From: Deltaproteobacteria bacterium
Lineage (GTDB): Bacteria > Desulfobacterota > Binatia > UTPRO1
Assembly: GCA_005879405.1 (NCBI GenBank)
Contig: VBKW01000189.1
Location: 1-44,828, forward strand
Direction: 5' to 3'
Length of the DNA stretch: 44,828 bases
The notes beneath the pieces are model-generated. The model worked only from the letters and a program-made list of their open reading frames with translations, searched no databases and was not told where the DNA came from. This document shows, one piece after another, positions 1-7,898 of this stretch. The stretch's first letter is position 1. Each line of letters starts with the position of its first letter. Made by a program: the position numbers and the translations under genes.

Positions 1-137
1 AACGGATCCAAAAGGACGCGAAAGCCGCTTCCTGAGAGCCCGAAATCGCCGTCTAGGTGCTTGAGTGAGGAGAGGAAACCACCGCCCCGTCGAGGGCTGA
101 AAAAGCTGACGCCTGAGCAGAGACCGACGGTCGTCTA

Positions 138-153
138 TGGCATTGAACTTGCT
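138..153 (+). promoter_or_regulatory. candidate sigma-54 (-24/-12) promoter for the polysaccharide operon
   Basis: TGGCAT-TGAAC-TTGCT at 138-153 fits TGGCAC-N5-TTGCW with the correct GG..GC spacing. It lies on the coding strand in the ORF-poor leader (1-446) upstream of the first gene. Confidence 0.4.
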
Positions 154-446
154 CACGTCCCGTGGTGCCGATGACCACCTCTAGTGCCGAACAGAAGAAC
201 AGGTTCATCGCCTCCGCCAATCGCGACGGGCGCGGTCGCGCCGTTGCGAGTCGAGGTGTCGCCGCAATCATGCTCGATGGCGGTGCGATCGACGTTCCCA
301 TCGCGGCCGTCGGTTTGGTGTAGCGCTGCGGCCGTGCCCGGCATGCACCGATTTGGCGCATGCAGCAGGTCGGTTCGCGAGAGAATTCGAGAGCTTCAAG
401 AAAAATCATGGGCGGAGCTGAGCCGTCCGCCTGATGGAGACGCGCG

Positions 447-1181
447 ATGACACGGTACCCACGATTCTCGATCCGATGCAGCGTCGGCGCATTGGCCGCC
501 GCCATGGCGGTCATCGTCGGCACGGCCGGCTGCAGCGAGGTCGGCCACAAGCTGCCTCCTCCGGAGGAGACCTATGCGCTGACGCAGGGGCAGATTGCGC
601 GTACGGACTACCGGCTCCAGATCGGCGACAGGCTCGACATCAAATTCCCGTATCAAGGGCGTTTCAACCAGGATCTCCCCGTGCGCCCCGACGGAAAGAT
701 CACCCTCGAAGCGACGGGCGAGATCGTCGTCGAGGGTATGACGCCGCATGAGCTCGAGGAGGTCATCAAGGAGCGCTCGTTGCGGTTCTTGAAGAACCCG
801 GAAGTCGTCGTGGTCGTGACGCAGCTCGGCGATCGTCGCGCCTACGTCGGCGGCGAAGTCACCAAGCCCGGCTTCGTCTCGATCGGCGACGGCATAACCC
901 CGCTGCAGGCCGTTCTAGCCGCCGGCGGCTTCAAGGACAGCGCGCGGAAGGACAGCGTGCTCTACATCGCTCGCAGTACCGACGGCGCGTACCAGGCGAG
1001 CCGTGTCGATCTCGACGCGGTGGTGCGGAACGGAGTTCCGGAGACGGTCCGCCTCGCCGGTAACGATGTCGTCTACGTGCCGGCGACCCGCATCGCGAAC
1101 CTCGGCACGTTCGTCAAGCAATACATCCGCGACATCCTGCCCGTCGACTCGCGCGCCGGCATGACGGCTGCCCCCTTGTGA
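447..1181 (+). CDS. polysaccharide export outer-membrane lipoprotein (Wza/OPX family, Poly_export + SLBB)
   Basis: Lipoprotein signal peptide with lipobox (AVIVGTAGC). YRLQIGDRLDIKFPY...PVRPDGKITL..GEIVVEGMTPHELE is the typical Poly_export motif region. First gene of the cluster. Confidence 0.85.
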   Translation: MTRYPRFSIRCSVGALAAAMAVIVGTAGCSEVGHKLPPPEETYALTQGQIARTDYRLQIGDRLDIKFPYQGRFNQDLPVRPDGKITLEATGEIVVEGMTPHELEEVIKERSLRFLKNPEVVVVVTQLGDRRAYVGGEVTKPGFVSIGDGITPLQAVLAAGGFKDSARKDSVLYIARSTDGAYQASRVDLDAVVRNGVPETVRLAGNDVVYVPATRIANLGTFVKQYIRDILPVDSRAGMTAAPL

Positions 1182-1206
1182 TGCCCCGCCGGCGGAGGGA
1201 GAACCC

Positions 1207-2751
1207 GTGAATCCAGAGATCGTTCGCCCGGGCAACGGGAACGGCGCGTCCGTTCCGTATTACGTCGATCCCGGCCAGCAATCGGACGGTGCCATCAGCA
1301 CCAAGCTGATCGTGTACGCGATCTTCAAGCGGAAATGGCAGGTCTTGGGGCTCGTCGCCGTCGTCCTGCTGTCGATCCTCGTCTCCGGCATGCTGCGTGC
1401 GCCCGTCTACAAGAACGTCGCCAAGGTGATGCTGCGGCCGAGCCGAGCCGAAGTGCAGCTGAGCGCGGGCGATCAACGCGAGATCACGCTGCCGGTCGCC
1501 GCCGCCACGGAAGTGATCAACTCCGAGATGGAGATCCTGCGCAGCCAGGAGCTCATGCGCCAGGCGCTCGCGCGCATGCAGGCCGCAGGCACGCCGATCT
1601 TCGGCGCGGACACGACCCTCAGCGAGGCGGAGCAGATCGCCGCGCTGCAAGGTATGCTCGTGGTCGCTCCGACACCGCAATCGAACGTCATCGAGATCGA
1701 CCTCCTCGCGCGCAATCCGGAAAAGGGGCAGGTGATCCTCAAGGCCATCACCGACGCCTATCTGGACCGCCACGCGCAAGTGCACGGCACGAGCGGCGCC
1801 GCGGTTTTCTTCGAAACCCAGAAGCAGAACCTGCACGAGCGCGTTACCGACGCGGAAGCGCGGCTCGCCGCCTTCGTCGACCGCGAGGGGCTGGTTCTCC
1901 CCGAGGATCAGATCCGGGTGCTGTTGAAAGAGGCTACCCACGGCGACGACGCACTGGAACTGCAGCTATCCAAGATCAAGGGCACCGAGCGGCGTATCGC
2001 GACGTTGAAGGACCAGATGGCGAGCGCGCCGCTCACCATCGAGCGTGAGGTCGAGCACGTGAATCCGATGACGCAGGGTCTCGCGCTCGAGCTCGCCAAG
2101 AAAGAGGCGGAGCGCACCGCGCTCCTGCAGAACTACACCGAGGAGGACCGCTCGGTCGTCGGTCTCACGGCGGAGATCGCCGCGTTGAAGGCCCGCATCG
2201 CCGAGGCGCACGACAGCTCGATCGTCGGAACAACGCACATCGCGGTGAATCCCGTCCGGCAGGAGCTCGAGCGTCGGTTGCTGAACGCGGTAACGATCCT
2301 CAACGATTTACACGCCCGCACCGACGGCATGCAGGAGAAGGTCGAGGCCGCCATGGTCGACTCCACGAAGAAAGCGATCGACATGCGGCAGAAGACGATC
2401 GAGCTCACCCGGCTGCAGCAAGAGGTCACCTCGGCGCGCGACGCGTATCAGCTGTACGAGAAGAAGCAGGAGGAAGCACGGATTTCCGAGGCGCTCGACG
2501 TCGAGCGCTTCCTCAACGTGAGCGTGCTCGAGGGTGCGACGCTGCCGACCGACCCGTATAACAAGCTGAATCCGCTGGTCGTCCTCGCGGCGCTCATCGC
2601 CGGAACGGGCCTCGGCATCGGCACCGCCGTCGGCCTCGAGTTCCTCGGTAGCAACTTCAAGTTCGAGGAGCAGGTCGAGCAGCACCTCGAGCTGCCGGTG
2701 TTCGCCGTGATTCCAGACATGACCGCAATCGCGGAGACGCAGCGGGCCTGA
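1207..2751 (+). CDS. polysaccharide chain-length determinant / co-polymerase (Wzz/GumC, PCP family)
   Basis: N-terminal TM after KRKWQVLGLVAVVLLSIL. Long coiled-coil periplasmic region. C-terminal TM LNPLVVLAALIAGTGLGIGTAVGLEFL. Positioned between the OPX and the BY-kinase-like gene. Confidence 0.85.
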   Translation: MNPEIVRPGNGNGASVPYYVDPGQQSDGAISTKLIVYAIFKRKWQVLGLVAVVLLSILVSGMLRAPVYKNVAKVMLRPSRAEVQLSAGDQREITLPVAAATEVINSEMEILRSQELMRQALARMQAAGTPIFGADTTLSEAEQIAALQGMLVVAPTPQSNVIEIDLLARNPEKGQVILKAITDAYLDRHAQVHGTSGAAVFFETQKQNLHERVTDAEARLAAFVDREGLVLPEDQIRVLLKEATHGDDALELQLSKIKGTERRIATLKDQMASAPLTIEREVEHVNPMTQGLALELAKKEAERTALLQNYTEEDRSVVGLTAEIAALKARIAEAHDSSIVGTTHIAVNPVRQELERRLLNAVTILNDLHARTDGMQEKVEAAMVDSTKKAIDMRQKTIELTRLQQEVTSARDAYQLYEKKQEEARISEALDVERFLNVSVLEGATLPTDPYNKLNPLVVLAALIAGTGLGIGTAVGLEFLGSNFKFEEQVEQHLELPVFAVIPDMTAIAETQRA

Positions 2752-2778
2752 GCGGCCGTAATCGGGAGCGGGAGGACC

Positions 2779-3582
2779 ATGAGCAAGATCTACGAGGCGC
2801 TGCAACGGGCCCAGGAGGAGCGCGAGGGCGTTCCGCCGCTCGAAGCCGAGCGGACGCGACGTCGCTCGTGGTTGCGCTCGAGGCGCCCACGGTCGACGAA
2901 CGGCCACCGGTCGCATGCTCCGACGTCGCTGCGAATCGATTTCGATCTCGCTCCCGACGTCGAAGAGGCCTACCAGCGGCTCGGGACGAATCTCCTCACG
3001 CCCGCGAAAGACCCGGTCGTGCTACGCGATCTCATGGTGGTCGCGTCCCTCCACGGCGAGGGCACGACGACGACGGCGGCTCTCTACGCGTCGACGCTCG
3101 CGAAGCGCAAGAAGCTCGACGTCCTGCTGATCGAAGCCAATTTCCGAACGCCGGCGCTCGAGCAGGTCTTCCCGATCCGGCGCAATGGCGGGTTCGCGGA
3201 GCTGATCGCCGGCACGCAGGACGTCGATACCGTCATGCAAGCGACGCCGCAGCCGAATCTCTTCGTCATCACGAGCGGGCATTACGAGACGTCGCCCTCG
3301 CACATCCTCGAGGCGCCGCGGATGTCGGAGGTGCTGGCGCAGCTTCATGAACGCTTTCAGTTCATCGTGTTCGACTCGGCGCCCGTCAACGTCTACACCG
3401 ACGCGCAGATCCTCGGCGCCCGCGTCGATGCCACGGTCTTCGTGATCGAGGCCGACCGGACGCGCATCGAGGAAGTGCAACGGGCGAAGCGGCAGCTCGA
3501 GCGCGGCGGCGCGAAGATGCTCGGGGTCCTGCTGAATCGTCGCAAGAGCTACCTGCCGAGCTTCTTGGAAGGCATGATCTGA
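2779..3582 (+). CDS. BY-kinase-like (CpsD/EpsG-type, MinD-fold) ATPase with degenerate Walker A and A' motifs
   Basis: N-terminus is MSKIYEALQRAQEE. The Walker A position reads SLHGEGTTTTAA (no Lys). The Walker A' position reads VLLIEANFR instead of DxDxR. Walker B FIVFDSAP is retained. There is no C-terminal Tyr cluster. Confidence 0.8.
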   Translation: MSKIYEALQRAQEEREGVPPLEAERTRRRSWLRSRRPRSTNGHRSHAPTSLRIDFDLAPDVEEAYQRLGTNLLTPAKDPVVLRDLMVVASLHGEGTTTTAALYASTLAKRKKLDVLLIEANFRTPALEQVFPIRRNGGFAELIAGTQDVDTVMQATPQPNLFVITSGHYETSPSHILEAPRMSEVLAQLHERFQFIVFDSAPVNVYTDAQILGARVDATVFVIEADRTRIEEVQRAKRQLERGGAKMLGVLLNRRKSYLPSFLEGMI

Positions 3583-3590
3583 GCGACTCG

Positions 3591-5042
3591 GTGAGCGTCG
3601 CGGTTCCGCAGGCACTCGGCGGTCGTCCCGCCGTCCGAGGGGCGACGGGCGCCGGCGTGGCGTGGTGGGGCGTCGCGTTGGCGACCCTCGCCGCGCTCCT
3701 CGCCTTCGCGACCTTCTCGGGATGGGAAGCGCCGGCGCTCGGCATCATGGTCGTGGGCGCGGTGCTGGCGAGCGTGGTCGTGCAGCCTGCCGTTGGCATC
3801 TTGATGCTGATGGCCAACTTCTTGGTGGCGAGCTATCCGAGCCCGATCCGCGGCGACGGACTCCTCACCATCAACAACATGCTCGGCGTCATTCTCTCGG
3901 TGCTGCTGGTTGCGGAGCTCGCGCAGCGCCCGGACCCTTGGTACCTGCGCCTCCGCCAGGTGCACGTGTTCCTGCTGATCGGCGTCGTCTTCATCATCGG
4001 GACGATCGTCTCGAATCATAGCTTCCCGAACCTGCAAGTGACGGCGGGCAAATTTCGTCTGCTCGACAAGACCGCTGACATGACGCAGGACTTCATCACC
4101 CGTCTCGCGTTCTTCATCTTGGCGCTGCAATTCCTCTCGCGGAAACGTGATTTCAAGCGCGCGATCACCGTCATGTTGCTCTGCCTCGTGATGATCGTGC
4201 CGTCGGCGCTGTTGGGCTACGCGAGCGGCGACGCCGCGGGCGGCTACCGCGCCGCCGCCGACTTCTCCTCCGCGACGAACTCCAACCGCCTCGCGTTTCT
4301 CTGCGAGATCCAGATCGCGTTCTGGTGGTATTTCATGCGCGCCGATCCGTCGCCGCGACGGAAGCTGCTCGCCATCGGCGTGATCGCCAGCCTGATTTTC
4401 ACGGTGTTCCTCAGCGCGTCGCGCAGCGGCGTGCTCGGCCTTGGCGTTCTCTTCTACATGCTGACGAAGACCCGCGGCGGCGTCCGCGGCGGCCGGCTGC
4501 AGGTGATCGCGGTCGCGGTCATCGCCGTCGGAGCGCTGCTCACGGTCATTCCCCAGGAGAACCTCGAGCGCATAGAGAACCTGAACCCGTTCGTGACGGG
4601 CACGCACGACCTCGGCAGCCATTCGACCGAGCGCCGGGTCGACACCGTCGAGCTCGGCTGGCAGGTCTTCAAAGATTACCCGCTGTTCGGCGTCGGCCTC
4701 GGTAACTTCCGCGAGGTCGCCCGACAGATATACATGGACCAATACTTCCGGCCGCCGCACAACTCCTACCTATGGGCGCTCTCCGAAGGCGGCATCTTCT
4801 GCATGCTGCTCTACCTGCTGCTGTTCTACGTCACCTGGCGCGATCTCCAGTGGCTGCAGAAATCGCCGGCCGTACCGGCGGACCTGCGCTGGATCGTGGC
4901 GGCGCTCGGTCCGTGTTTCGGGCTCCTCATGTTCTTCAGCGCCTTCGCCGACATCTGGCTGAGCCCGATCACCTACATCATCGTGGTTCTGATCGTCGCG
5001 CTGCGTCGCTACGTGAGTCGCCGCCGTGTCGTCCTCGTCTGA
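3591..5042 (+). CDS. O-antigen ligase/polymerase-like polytopic membrane protein (Wzy_C domain)
   Basis: More than 10 predicted TM segments. SASRSGVLGLGVLFYML and PPHNSYLWALSEGGIFCMLLYLLLF match Wzy_C family signatures. Confidence 0.75.
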   Translation: MSVAVPQALGGRPAVRGATGAGVAWWGVALATLAALLAFATFSGWEAPALGIMVVGAVLASVVVQPAVGILMLMANFLVASYPSPIRGDGLLTINNMLGVILSVLLVAELAQRPDPWYLRLRQVHVFLLIGVVFIIGTIVSNHSFPNLQVTAGKFRLLDKTADMTQDFITRLAFFILALQFLSRKRDFKRAITVMLLCLVMIVPSALLGYASGDAAGGYRAAADFSSATNSNRLAFLCEIQIAFWWYFMRADPSPRRKLLAIGVIASLIFTVFLSASRSGVLGLGVLFYMLTKTRGGVRGGRLQVIAVAVIAVGALLTVIPQENLERIENLNPFVTGTHDLGSHSTERRVDTVELGWQVFKDYPLFGVGLGNFREVARQIYMDQYFRPPHNSYLWALSEGGIFCMLLYLLLFYVTWRDLQWLQKSPAVPADLRWIVAALGPCFGLLMFFSAFADIWLSPITYIIVVLIVALRRYVSRRRVVLV

Positions 5043-6228
5043 GGCGGCGCCGCGGACGATCGCGTTCTTTCCACCGCGGCTCGTCACCGGAGGGACGCAG
5101 CGTCACCTCCTCGAGGTCCTGAAGTTTCTCGACCGCACGCGCTTTCGGCCGCTCGTCATCAGCGCCAAGCGCGGCGGCGACCTCGGGCGCGAGATCGTCG
5201 CGCAGGGCGTCGAGCTCGTGCAGCTCGATCTCGGCGAGCGCGTGGTGAGCGCGGATTTCGTCCGCTGTGTGCGCGCGACGGCGGCGATCTTCCGTGCCCG
5301 CCGGGTCGACGTCGTGCAGTGCTTTCAGTGGCGGCCGGCGCTGATCGGGATTCTCGCGGCGCGGCTCGCGCGGCGCGGGCGCATCGTCGCGGGGCGGCGT
5401 AGCGCGCCCGTCGAGCGCGGCGCGCGCGGTCTGCTCGAGGACATCGTGGTACGGCTCGCCGATCGCGTCATCGTGAATGCCGAGGCGTTGCGGCCGGGCG
5501 GAGCGGCGGGCGCGCGCACCGACGTCGTTCCGAGCGGCGTCGACACCGACCGCTTTCGGCCGCGCCCGGAGGAGCGTGGCGCCGCGCGCCGCGCGCTCGC
5601 GCTGCCGGCGACGGCGCCGATCATCGGCACCGTCGGGCGTCTCGAGGCACGCAAAGGCACCGCGGTGCTCCTCGAGGCGGGCGCCAAGCTGGTGAAAAAA
5701 GGACTTTCCGAGCTGCACGTCGTGGTGGTAGGTGATGGGCCGCTTCGCGACGAGATCTTCGCGCTCGCCGCTCGACTCGGCATCGCCGAGCGCGTGCACA
5801 TGCTCGGTGATCGATCAGACATTCCGGAGATCCTGGCAGCGCTCGACGTCTTCGTGTTGCCCTCGCGGACCGAGGGCATGTCGAACGCATTATTGGAGGC
5901 GATGGCGACGGCCCTTCCAGTCGTCGCGACGGCGGTGGGGGGAAATCCCGAGGTCGTTTCCGCGGAGACCGTAGGCGTGCTCGTACCCCCTGATGATCCG
6001 ACGACCATCGCCGATGCAGTGGCGCGCCTCGTCGCGAACCCGACGCACGCGGCAGAGCTCGGGGCGGCCGCGCGCCGATCGGTCGCGGCGCGCTACGGCG
6101 CGGCGGCGATGGTGCGGCGGCTGGAAGCGATCTACGACGCGGTCGCGGGCGCGACGCCGCGCCCGGTCGTGTCTGCCGTTGCCCGCGGCGAGCGGGGCGA
6201 CGTGACGCGTCCGGAGGTGTGTCGCTGA
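5026..6228 (+). CDS. glycosyltransferase family 4 (GT-B)
   Basis: SRTEGMSNALLEAMATALPVVATAVGGNPEVV (E-x7-E region). N-terminus is IAFFPPRLVTGGTQRHLLE. The start is uncertain; the GTG at 5026 overlaps the upstream gene. Confidence 0.85.
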   Translation: MSSSSEAAPRTIAFFPPRLVTGGTQRHLLEVLKFLDRTRFRPLVISAKRGGDLGREIVAQGVELVQLDLGERVVSADFVRCVRATAAIFRARRVDVVQCFQWRPALIGILAARLARRGRIVAGRRSAPVERGARGLLEDIVVRLADRVIVNAEALRPGGAAGARTDVVPSGVDTDRFRPRPEERGAARRALALPATAPIIGTVGRLEARKGTAVLLEAGAKLVKKGLSELHVVVVGDGPLRDEIFALAARLGIAERVHMLGDRSDIPEILAALDVFVLPSRTEGMSNALLEAMATALPVVATAVGGNPEVVSAETVGVLVPPDDPTTIADAVARLVANPTHAAELGAAARRSVAARYGAAAMVRRLEAIYDAVAGATPRPVVSAVARGERGDVTRPEVCR

Positions 6229-7898
6229 TGGCGTCCGTCTCCCGCATGGTCGTCGTCGGTCTCGACGGCGCGACCTTCGACCTCATCAAGCCGTGGGCGG
6301 CAGAGGGCAAGCTGCCGACGTTCGCCCGCCTGCTCGCGGAGGGCGCGCACGCCGAGCTGCGCAGCACGCTGCCGGCGCTGACGCCGCCGGCGTGGACATC
6401 TGCGGCGACCGGCAAGAATCCCGGCAAGCACAACGTCTACAACTTCTACAAGGTCAGCGGTGGCGGCACCGGCAAGCTGCCGCTGACGCCCGCGGACCTG
6501 CGCAGCCGCCGTGTCTGGGACATCGCCAACGTGTACGGGAAGCGCGCCGGCGTCGTGCATCTCCCGCTGACGTATCCGCCCGAGCACCTCGACGGCTTCG
6601 TCGTCTCGGGCATCATGACGCCGAAGGGCGTGGAGGACTATACGTTCCCGCCGGAGCTGCGCGACGAGCTCCAGGCGCACGTCGACGGCTATCGGTTCGA
6701 CGTCGACGCCGACGCGCTGAAGGTCGGCGATCTGCGCGCCTTCGCCGAGGACGCCTTCGAGCTGCAGCGGATCCAAACTGCAGAGATGCTCTACCTCTTC
6801 GAGCACAAGCGGTGGGATCTCCTGTGGGTGATGTTCCACACGCTGGACAAGCTGCAGCACTTCTTCTGGCATCTCATGGATCCCACGCATCCCGCGCATC
6901 CCGGTGCGACGGAGTTCGCCGACGTCGTGCTGCGCTTCCACCAGCTCCTCGACGAGGCGCTCGCCGGCGTGCTCGCGCGGCTCGACGACGACACCGGTCT
7001 CCTGGTGATGTCGGATCACGGCTCATGCCGGCTCGAGTCGTACTTCCTGATCATGAACTGGCTCGAGGACACGGGGTTCTTGCGCATGAAGAACGCGGCG
7101 CGCTCACCGCTCAAGCGCGCGCTCGGCGGCATGGGCATCGAGGCGCGCGGCATCGTGCAGAGCCTCCGCCGCGCCGGACTCGGGTGGGTGCCGCGCCTCG
7201 TGCCGGGGCGGCTGAAGGCGCAGGTGCCACAGGCGCGGGCGTCGTTCGCCCGCATCGCGCCGCACGTCGACTGGTCGGGTACACGGGTCTATTGCCCGTC
7301 GGCGCCCGGCAGCGGGCTGCGCGTGAATCTGCGCGGGCGCGAGGCCGAGGGAATCGTCGCCCCGGAGGACTACGATCGTGTCTGCGAGGAGGTGCGGGCG
7401 CGGCTTCTCACGATCGTCGATCCGAAGACCGGCCGCCACGTCGTTCACGCCGTGCACCGACGCGAAGAGATCTACGCCGGTCCGTACGTCGACAACGGTG
7501 CCGACCTTCTCGTCGAGACGACGGATTCGTACTGTCTGATCGAAGGCATGGGCCCGGCGGCGATCGTGCCTGCGGGCCAAAACGATGGTGAGCGCACAGG
7601 CAACCATCGACGCGAGGGGATTTTTCTGCTCGCGGGCGCCGGGGCGCGTCGCGGCGTCGCGCTCCCGACGCTCGACATCTGCGACGTCGCGCCGACCTTG
7701 CTCTACCTGTTGGACGTGCCGGTGCAGCAGGACATGGACGGCGCCGTCGCTCAGGGGGCGATCGCGCCGGAGCTCCTCGCCGCGCGCGACGTGCGCACGG
7801 ATCAGCTCGCCGCGCCCGCCGAAGTCGCGGCGACGGAGATGAGCGACCAAGACCGGCGTGCCATCGAAGGCATGCTCGAGGGGCTCGGATACCTGTGA
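6228..7898 (+). CDS. alkaline-phosphatase-superfamily phosphohydrolase/phosphotransferase (COG3379-like, type I phosphodiesterase fold), paralog 1
   Basis: VVVGLDGATFD, STLPALTPPAWTSAATGKNPGKHNVYNF, VMSDHGS and GNHRREGIF are the metal/nucleophile motifs. No signal peptide. Ends ...DQDRRAIEGMLEGLGYL. ATG 6228 overlaps the upstream TGA (TGATG) and has GGAGG 10 nt upstream; the track ORF starts at GTG 6219. Confidence 0.8.
   Translation: MASVSRMVVVGLDGATFDLIKPWAAEGKLPTFARLLAEGAHAELRSTLPALTPPAWTSAATGKNPGKHNVYNFYKVSGGGTGKLPLTPADLRSRRVWDIANVYGKRAGVVHLPLTYPPEHLDGFVVSGIMTPKGVEDYTFPPELRDELQAHVDGYRFDVDADALKVGDLRAFAEDAFELQRIQTAEMLYLFEHKRWDLLWVMFHTLDKLQHFFWHLMDPTHPAHPGATEFADVVLRFHQLLDEALAGVLARLDDDTGLLVMSDHGSCRLESYFLIMNWLEDTGFLRMKNAARSPLKRALGGMGIEARGIVQSLRRAGLGWVPRLVPGRLKAQVPQARASFARIAPHVDWSGTRVYCPSAPGSGLRVNLRGREAEGIVAPEDYDRVCEEVRARLLTIVDPKTGRHVVHAVHRREEIYAGPYVDNGADLLVETTDSYCLIEGMGPAAIVPAGQNDGERTGNHRREGIFLLAGAGARRGVALPTLDICDVAPTLLYLLDVPVQQDMDGAVAQGAIAPELLAARDVRTDQLAAPAEVAATEMSDQDRRAIEGMLEGLGYL

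Noticed and set aside
1-60. GGACGCGAAAGCCGC near the window start resembles the GACGCAAAGCC segment of the c-di-GMP-I (GEMM) riboswitch, which would suit an EPS operon.
   Set aside because: Only a short, imperfect match (one insertion). The 5' half of any such element would be off-window. It lies upstream of the proposed sigma-54 start site. It is not supportable without a covariance-model scan.
153-344. 63-aa ORF on the - strand in the leader (MPGTAAALHQTDGRDGNVDRTAIEHDCGDTS...), with partly coding-like third positions.
   Set aside because: No recognisable family and no SD. The codon bias decays towards its 3' end. It may be a gene relic, but there is not enough evidence to call it.
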